Positions 58,090 through 64,000 of a stretch of 64,000 nt of DNA are shown in pieces. The position numbers and the translations under genes are program-made. The DNA is from Octopus vulgaris. Lineage: Eukaryota. Each line of letters begins with the position of its first letter. Within the stretch, counting starts at the first letter, position 1. The DNA lies in the NCBI GenBank assembly GCA_951406725.2, contig OX597814.1:162564001-162628000 (forward strand), given 5' to 3'. The notes below the pieces were generated by a model, which had not been told where the DNA came from, did not search any database, and saw only the letters and a program-made list of their open reading frames with translations.

Positions 58090-58306
58090 ATTTTTCCTTG
58101 GATTACGTCGGATTATTTTACGCTGTAAGCTGTTATGTTAGTTCGTTCTGTTCTGGATTTACACGTACAATTTTTGGAGTATTAACTTGTGAAACAAAGT
58201 AATTTTCGCCCTTCGGGGTAGAAAATTTCTTTTTATATATGAACTTTAATTCAGTGTGGATTTAATTTTTATCTTGTCTCTTGTGACAAGTCACTTGCAT
58301 TTTATT

Positions 58307-59782
58307 ATGGATCTTGACTTAACGTCAAATTCTGATTTTCCCGAGATGGGAGAAGTTATAAAGCAAAAGGATACAAAGGAGAAACAAAGTTTTTCGGAAG
58401 CCGTTGGAGGCAATGTTATAGAACTGGAAGTAACAATGGCGGATCTCTTCAAGTTCAGAAAGTTCATACAAAGGAATGGAGAAGAAACGAGAATAATACC
58501 GCCCCTGACACCTTACAAGCAATCCGTGAGAAGACGGTAATTTATAAGGTATATAATATTAAGGAAAAAAAGATTGCAGATGTAAGAAATGAATTGGTAG
58601 AACGGTGCATGGCACCAATTTGGAACAAGGTTCGCTATGTTGGCCGAGGAGTGAGAAGCGCTACTATTGAAGCGCAATTCGAGTCGGCTAGCATAGCGAA
58701 GGAAATTTCAACTCAAACGTTGAAGAGTGCAGACATCCTGTTGCTGCCCACGTACTTAGGGCGCAGAACAGCTAAGATAACAATAGAGGATATACCAACA
58801 GGTTACGATGTAATGTGGGCAGCAACAGCGGTCGTATTCGACGTAGAAGAGAAATTAAACATTTTAAACATGAGGATGAAAGAGGCAAAATTTTGGAAAG
58901 GTCAGCAGCTTGAAATGATCGTTCAAGCTGACAATGCAACGCTGGAGAGTTTGCCAGACAGGGTCTTCGTGGGGGATGGACACACTGCGCGGGTATCGGT
59001 TGAGGGACGTAGGCCCAGATGTTTCAAATGTGGGCAGAAGGGTCACGTCCGCTCAGAGTGCAAAAAGAAAAAACCCGTTAATGCCCCCATTCAAACCGCT
59101 GTGGAGAACAAAGCAGACATCACAGCAACAACTAAAGAGAATACCCGGAAAAAGCAAAATGAAAGTCAAAAGGAGGAAAAGAAAATGAATGGAAAACAAA
59201 ACGAAAACGAGGTGGAAAATATTTTATCAAATGGAAAAGAACTGGAAGTAATGGAATATACGACTGTAACCAACAAAAGGAAGAAATCCAATACCCCGGA
59301 CTCCCCACCCCAAACAAAAAGAAAAACAAACGCAGAAGAACAACACAAAAAAATTATCCAATCCCACCCCGCTGGCACTACTTTTGTAGGCCAGCATTTC
59401 ATTAAACCCCAGCCCCCAACTTTAAAAGGATTCAAAAAAAACCGATAGGTGCATTGCTTATAACACAAAAAACGAGAGAGTAGTTTGGTACATAAAGGCG
59501 AAACCAAACATAAAATGTTTCAAATCATCGGAAAAAAACCCGGATTGGAGGTATGCGAAGGTTGGAGAGGAGGAATGGAAGGAGAGACTCTTCCAACTAC
59601 ACGTGAGGGACAACCTGATTAAAGATGTCACACAAGAGGTGATAGCTGGAAAATTGAATATTAGCCCGGCAGCCACTCCATCCCAGAGCCCGGTGGCAAC
59701 GCCGATTAAATGCCCAGCAACAACGGAGAGTGTGGGGGAGGCAGGCAGACAAAAGCTGCCATGCTCCCTCTCACAACCGTAA
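58307..59782 (+). CDS. ORF1 (gag-like, CCHC zinc knuckle), interrupted by two apparent frameshifts
   Basis: ATG at 58307 (MDLDLTSNS..). Middle segment (track ORF 58594-59448) contains CFKCGQKGHVRSEC. After the A8 run at ~59434-59441 another frame stays open to TAA 59780-59782, just before ORF2. Confidence 0.75.
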
Positions 59783-59806
59783 GTAACAAACTTTCTTCAT
59801 TCATCG

Positions 59807-62800
59807 ATGATTAAGTTGGGCTGTATAAATGTGCGTGGAATGGGGTCGAAATGGAAACAGGCTTGCTTGCTGGACGACCTCAGGACACACAGAATAGATG
59901 TAGCCATTGTCACCGAGTCCAAGATGAGAGGAACCCAAGCGTTCTCGCATCTTCTCAATGGTTACGAGAAATTTATTTCTCCTAGCCGAGGAGGAAGTGC
60001 AGGCGTGGCAGTCCTTATCAGGAAGAACTTGGACTTACAGGTAAGTACTGTCTTTATGGACCCAGAAGGTAGGCTGGTTGTCCTCGATGTAACTCACGTA
60101 AGTAAGCAGTCCTTCAGGTTGGTAGCTGTTTATGCTCCTAATGAGGGTAGGCAGACTGGTTTTTATCGGAACTTGGAGCACTTTCTAGTGACGTCTAAAA
60201 CGGTAGTATTGGTAGGGGATTTCAACACTATCATCGATGCGCGGATAGATAGTGTGGGCTCGTCTGATAGAAGGGGGAATCCTTGCCTTAAGGGTCTACT
60301 GACGAGCTTTAATCTAGTAGATCGGTTTCGAATGGATGAGCCGAGCATTCCACAGTGGACGTGGAGTAACAATGACGGCTCACGCAGATCGTATATAGAT
60401 AGGGTATTTGTTAAAGAACGAGATAGGAATAGCATTAGCTGTCCACAATTTTGTATTGTGCCTTACACGGATCACAAATTAGTGACGTGTGAGGTACATG
60501 TAGATAAATGCCATAGACAGGGACCCGGATACTGGAAAATGAACAAGTCTATTTTGGCTTGTGAAGCTTTCCGTAACCGGATTATGGAATTAGTCCAGAG
60601 GGCATTATGTGGAACCATCATTAATAATAGATGGTGGATCGCCCTCAAAAGAGCCATCCGTTTGGAGTCCATTAGATTTAGCAACCAGCTAAGTTTAGAT
60701 AGGACTAGAATAGAGGGCGATTTAGTTAAGAACTTAGACGAGGCAATGGGATCTGGCTGTGCATCTAGAGTGTTAGCAGAGAGAACGATCTTGTACCGTC
60801 ACCTCAATGCCAAGCATGAAGGATGTAGAGTCAGAGCTAAGCTACGTGCAGTGAAACGAGAAGGTATTAATGTTGCCGGATGGGCACGTCGTGTGGAGAG
60901 TCAGAAGGGCAAAAAGTCCTCTATTAAGTCTTTAACTGACGAACAGGGACGCAAAATCTATGGACAGGAGGAGATACAGAAGGTCTTTCAACAGCATTTC
61001 GCTCGGTTGTTTGGGGAGGGCGATCCACTCGAGCGAGGGGAGGACTTACAGAACTTCCTAGCTGGTGGGCCTCGGCTCTCGCCAAGCAGAGCGGAACGCT
61101 GTGAAGGACCGATTACTCCCGCGGAGGTAAGAGGGGTTTTGGCTGAATGCGCCCGGGAAAAGTCGCCGGGACTGGATGGTCTGCCCTATGAGTTTTATTG
61201 TTGTATGCCGGACTTGTTCGGGGACATACTGGCAAGCGTCTACGCAAACTGGCAACAGAATGGGAGGATTCCCAGTTCTGTGAGCCGGGGAGTTGTGACG
61301 CTGATCCAGAAAGACCCGAGCAAGGGGGATAATATTAGTAATTATAGGCCCATAACTCTACTTAATGTAGAGTTAAAGATTTTGGCCAAGGTGTTAGCAG
61401 AAAGGTTGAAGGTCGTCATGGAAAAACTTGTCGGAAAGGCACAGACATGTGCAATCCCAGGCAGGTCGATCGAAGATAATCTTCACCTTCTACGCTACAC
61501 TATAGACAGGGTTGGGCAATTAGCCGGCAAAGGAGGGGCATTGGTCCATTTAGACCAAAGTAAAGCATTTGATAGGGTAGATCATCAGTACCTGGCGACG
61601 GTTCTCGAAGCGGCTGGGCTAGGTCCTGACTTTCGCGGGTGGATATCAGCTATGTACAGCGGTATCAAGTCCACAGTCCAGATAAACGGTTACTTAACGG
61701 AACCGTTTTCGATTAAGCGTTCAGTTCGTCAAGGATGTCCCTTGTCCCCTCTCCTGTACGTTTTGGCTCTTGAGCCATTGCTGCGGAAGTTGGAGACGGT
61801 GAGATGCAATCCTAATGAAATCGGATGCGGTAAGTCTGTTTCTGCGTATGCGGATGACGTCACCTTCATCGTGTCCAACGAAGCACAACTAACTCGTGTA
61901 GAAGGTGCTCTCCGAAGATACGAAGCGGTGGCTGGGGCAAAAGTTAACAAGGACAAGTCCACTGGTTTGCGCCTCGGCACCTGGAGGAACAAGCCGATAT
62001 CGTCCAGTGTTGTTGGACACTGGACAGATGGTCCTGTTAAATTGCTTGGAGTTTGGTTTGGTTCAGACTCCCAGACGGAGAAAAATTGGAGCGAGGTAGT
62101 GACCAAGGTAGAAGCCATAGTTCGGGAGTGGTCCGGAAGGCATCTTTCCTTGAAAGGGAGGGCGGAGGTGGTACAGGTGTTTATAGCATCTGTAATCACC
62201 TATCGCCTGACTGTCGTGCCTTGCCCCGATTTGTGGCTAAGCAAGTTGGATCGACTCCTTTTCCGCTTTTTGTGGAAGGGAGGAAAGCCACTTGTAAGGC
62301 GCTCCGTGTGTTGCCAGGAACCACTAAAGGGTGGGCTGGGGATGCCTTGGTTAATGATGCGCAGGCATGCGCTGAGACTGAGACATCTCTGGTTTCACCT
62401 GGAAGGTGATAAGGTGTGGAGTCCGCTGGCAGATAATTTCTTCCCGCAACCGGACTCTATGGAGAGATTTAAACCCGGTTTCATTAAAAGACGGAACCTG
62501 ACTTTATGGCAGAAAGAGTGCCGACAGGCACTCTGGCTGATCCACAAGATAGGCAAAGCCGGCTGCGGGAATACCACCTCGACATTTTATAGAAGGATGG
62601 TAGAGGCAAAAAATGACGACGTCCTAAGAGGGTCTCTGGGGTTCGATGAGGATCAACTATCCGACCTGTTTAAGAAGACTTTCAAGCCGGGGTATTTGGA
62701 CAATTACCAAAAATCCCTGACTTGGCAGTGCTATAGGAATGCTCTACCTGTTCGCGATAAGTTATATAGGCATGGAATGTCAGTGCCACCGACATGTCCA

Positions 62801-63205
62801 AGATGTGGGTTGGACGATGAAACCGTCCAGCACGCTTTTGTACATTGTCAGGAGCTGTCAGGCTTAATAAGTTACGTAGAACACGTGTTGTCGCATCTGG
62901 GACGAGTACAGCTATCGGCTGGTTCTATAATAAAGATGATACCGCCAGCTGGACTCTCAAAGGAAGGTGAGGCTTGTTTTCACTGTACGGTGGCAGTACT
63001 GAAAGAGTGTGTGTGGAGAACTAGATTGGAAGGTTTGGTGTCAGGAACCTTTGTCTCTGGATATGGTATGTTAAAATACTTCAGATACCATCTAAAGAGC
63101 AAGATGGATTTAGAGAAGAGGAACCTGACACAGAAAAAGTATGTGAATCGATGGAAGGATGTGATAAAAAAGGTGGGTGTGAGTAACCCTGCTTGGTCAT
63201 CATGA
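59807..63205 (+). CDS. ORF2 polyprotein: apurinic-like endonuclease + reverse transcriptase + C-terminal Cys/His (zf-RVT-like) motif, Tx1-like
   Basis: Uninterrupted 1132 aa. APE motifs INVRG, VYAPN, GDFN, SYIDR, TDH. RT motifs KSPGLDG, NYRPITLLN, DQSKAFDRVDH, VRQGCPLSPLLY, YADD. C-terminal CPRC..ETVQHAFVHC. Confidence 0.96.
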   Translation: MIKLGCINVRGMGSKWKQACLLDDLRTHRIDVAIVTESKMRGTQAFSHLLNGYEKFISPSRGGSAGVAVLIRKNLDLQVSTVFMDPEGRLVVLDVTHVSKQSFRLVAVYAPNEGRQTGFYRNLEHFLVTSKTVVLVGDFNTIIDARIDSVGSSDRRGNPCLKGLLTSFNLVDRFRMDEPSIPQWTWSNNDGSRRSYIDRVFVKERDRNSISCPQFCIVPYTDHKLVTCEVHVDKCHRQGPGYWKMNKSILACEAFRNRIMELVQRALCGTIINNRWWIALKRAIRLESIRFSNQLSLDRTRIEGDLVKNLDEAMGSGCASRVLAERTILYRHLNAKHEGCRVRAKLRAVKREGINVAGWARRVESQKGKKSSIKSLTDEQGRKIYGQEEIQKVFQQHFARLFGEGDPLERGEDLQNFLAGGPRLSPSRAERCEGPITPAEVRGVLAECAREKSPGLDGLPYEFYCCMPDLFGDILASVYANWQQNGRIPSSVSRGVVTLIQKDPSKGDNISNYRPITLLNVELKILAKVLAERLKVVMEKLVGKAQTCAIPGRSIEDNLHLLRYTIDRVGQLAGKGGALVHLDQSKAFDRVDHQYLATVLEAAGLGPDFRGWISAMYSGIKSTVQINGYLTEPFSIKRSVRQGCPLSPLLYVLALEPLLRKLETVRCNPNEIGCGKSVSAYADDVTFIVSNEAQLTRVEGALRRYEAVAGAKVNKDKSTGLRLGTWRNKPISSSVVGHWTDGPVKLLGVWFGSDSQTEKNWSEVVTKVEAIVREWSGRHLSLKGRAEVVQVFIASVITYRLTVVPCPDLWLSKLDRLLFRFLWKGGKPLVRRSVCCQEPLKGGLGMPWLMMRRHALRLRHLWFHLEGDKVWSPLADNFFPQPDSMERFKPGFIKRRNLTLWQKECRQALWLIHKIGKAGCGNTTSTFYRRMVEAKNDDVLRGSLGFDEDQLSDLFKKTFKPGYLDNYQKSLTWQCYRNALPVRDKLYRHGMSVPPTCPRCGLDDETVQHAFVHCQELSGLISYVEHVLSHLGRVQLSAGSIIKMIPPAGLSKEGEACFHCTVAVLKECVWRTRLEGLVSGTFVSGYGMLKYFRYHLKSKMDLEKRNLTQKKYVNRWKDVIKKVGVSNPAWSS

Positions 63206-63442
63206 AGGGAGAAAATAGTCTCTGGGCTCTTAGGCTGTCGGGTAAGAATCCTGACTGTGATATACCTAGCTGGCCAAAATCATTTTTAATTTTTAAAAAA
63301 AAAGGAGAAAAGTAAAGTCTAGTATCATAATCAATAATCAACATATGTAAATATCAAACGAACAACGTAAACTTTTTGTAATTATGTTTTGTATTGTAAT
63401 GTACTATCTCTGTAAGATTTTTATAATCATAATAAAGATTTA

Positions 63443-64000
63443 GGAAGCGACACCTACTGGCTGGCTACGCTGCATTGAAAAGGGGCAATACCCCGAAACG
63501 CGTCTGTAGCTGCCGGTCAAGTAGTGTGGAGCGACTGACCTCCCTTGTTCGAAGGTTATATGGATACAGTTTGTGTATCAAATAGCTAACTTAAGGCGAT
63601 GGCCTCATGGAGCTAATAAGCGAACAGCTTTTTTCTTATTTTTATAAGAATGCCATATTAGTATGGCGATAACTATTAAAAGGGGCAATACTCCGAAACG
63701 CGTCTGTAGCTGCCGGTCAAGTAGTGTGGAGCGACTGACCTCCCTTGTTCGAAGGTTATATGGATACAGTTTGTGTATCAAATAGCTAACTTAAGGCGAT
63801 AGCCTCATGGAGCTAATAAGCGGACAGCTTTTTTCTTATTTTTATAAGAATGCCATATTAGTATGGCGATAACTATTATTTTCCGGGAACGCTGCCGCTG
63901 TTCTCTTTTAGAAGACTTAGTTATTTTAATATTTCTATTATTGAAAACAAGTGGATGTATTCCACCGAAACTAGGTAAATAAAACCATCGAACAGAGATT
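63443..64000 (+). repeat. 362-bp tandem repeat (retrozyme-like), downstream part, runs off the window; includes a 200-bp deleted unit
   Basis: Same unit sequence resumes at the TSD. aggggcaata at 63481 and 63681 (spacing 200, i.e. a 162-bp deletion). Confidence 0.95.
63469..63510 (+). ncRNA. Minimal type I hammerhead ribozyme, U3/A8 variant
   Basis: Same fold with perfect stem II gggg-caata-cccc. Predicted cleavage after 63504. Confidence 0.85.

Larger units (their letters stand above)
58090..63442 (+). mobile_element. Full-length Tx1/L1-clade non-LTR retrotransposon inserted in a 362-bp tandem repeat
   Basis: Two-ORF layout (CCHC ORF1, then APE-RT ORF2). Flanked by a 17-bp direct repeat ggaagcgacacctactg (58073-58089 and 63443-63459) that occurs once per array unit. 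AATAAA at 63431-63436, no poly(A) tail. Confidence 0.93.

Noticed and set aside
57449-64000. Flanking repeats as LTRs of the element
   Set aside because: The repeats are tandem on both sides and interrupted mid-unit with a TSD. The protein is APE-RT with no integrase or protease.

Overview
AT-rich, repeat-dense eukaryotic DNA (intergenic or intronic). The SINE families and microsatellite load resemble an octopus/cephalopod genome (inference). No host protein-coding exon could be supported, and most ORF-track entries are microsatellite artefacts. The window holds tRNA-derived SINEs of three families, DNA-transposon remnants (hAT, Tigger, mariner, MULE, Helitron/Helentron) and LINE/Penelope fragments. 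The standout feature is at the right end: a 362-bp tandem array whose unit carries a minimal type I hammerhead ribozyme (U3/A8 core variant, retrozyme-like). A full-length ~5.35-kb Tx1/L1-clade retrotransposon (intact 1132-aa APE-RT ORF2) sits in the array with a 17-bp TSD in the ribozyme's outer stem, so the element is bracketed by two intact hammerheads. Further hammerhead motifs, some in inverted pairs, are scattered through the window in Penelope-like contexts.
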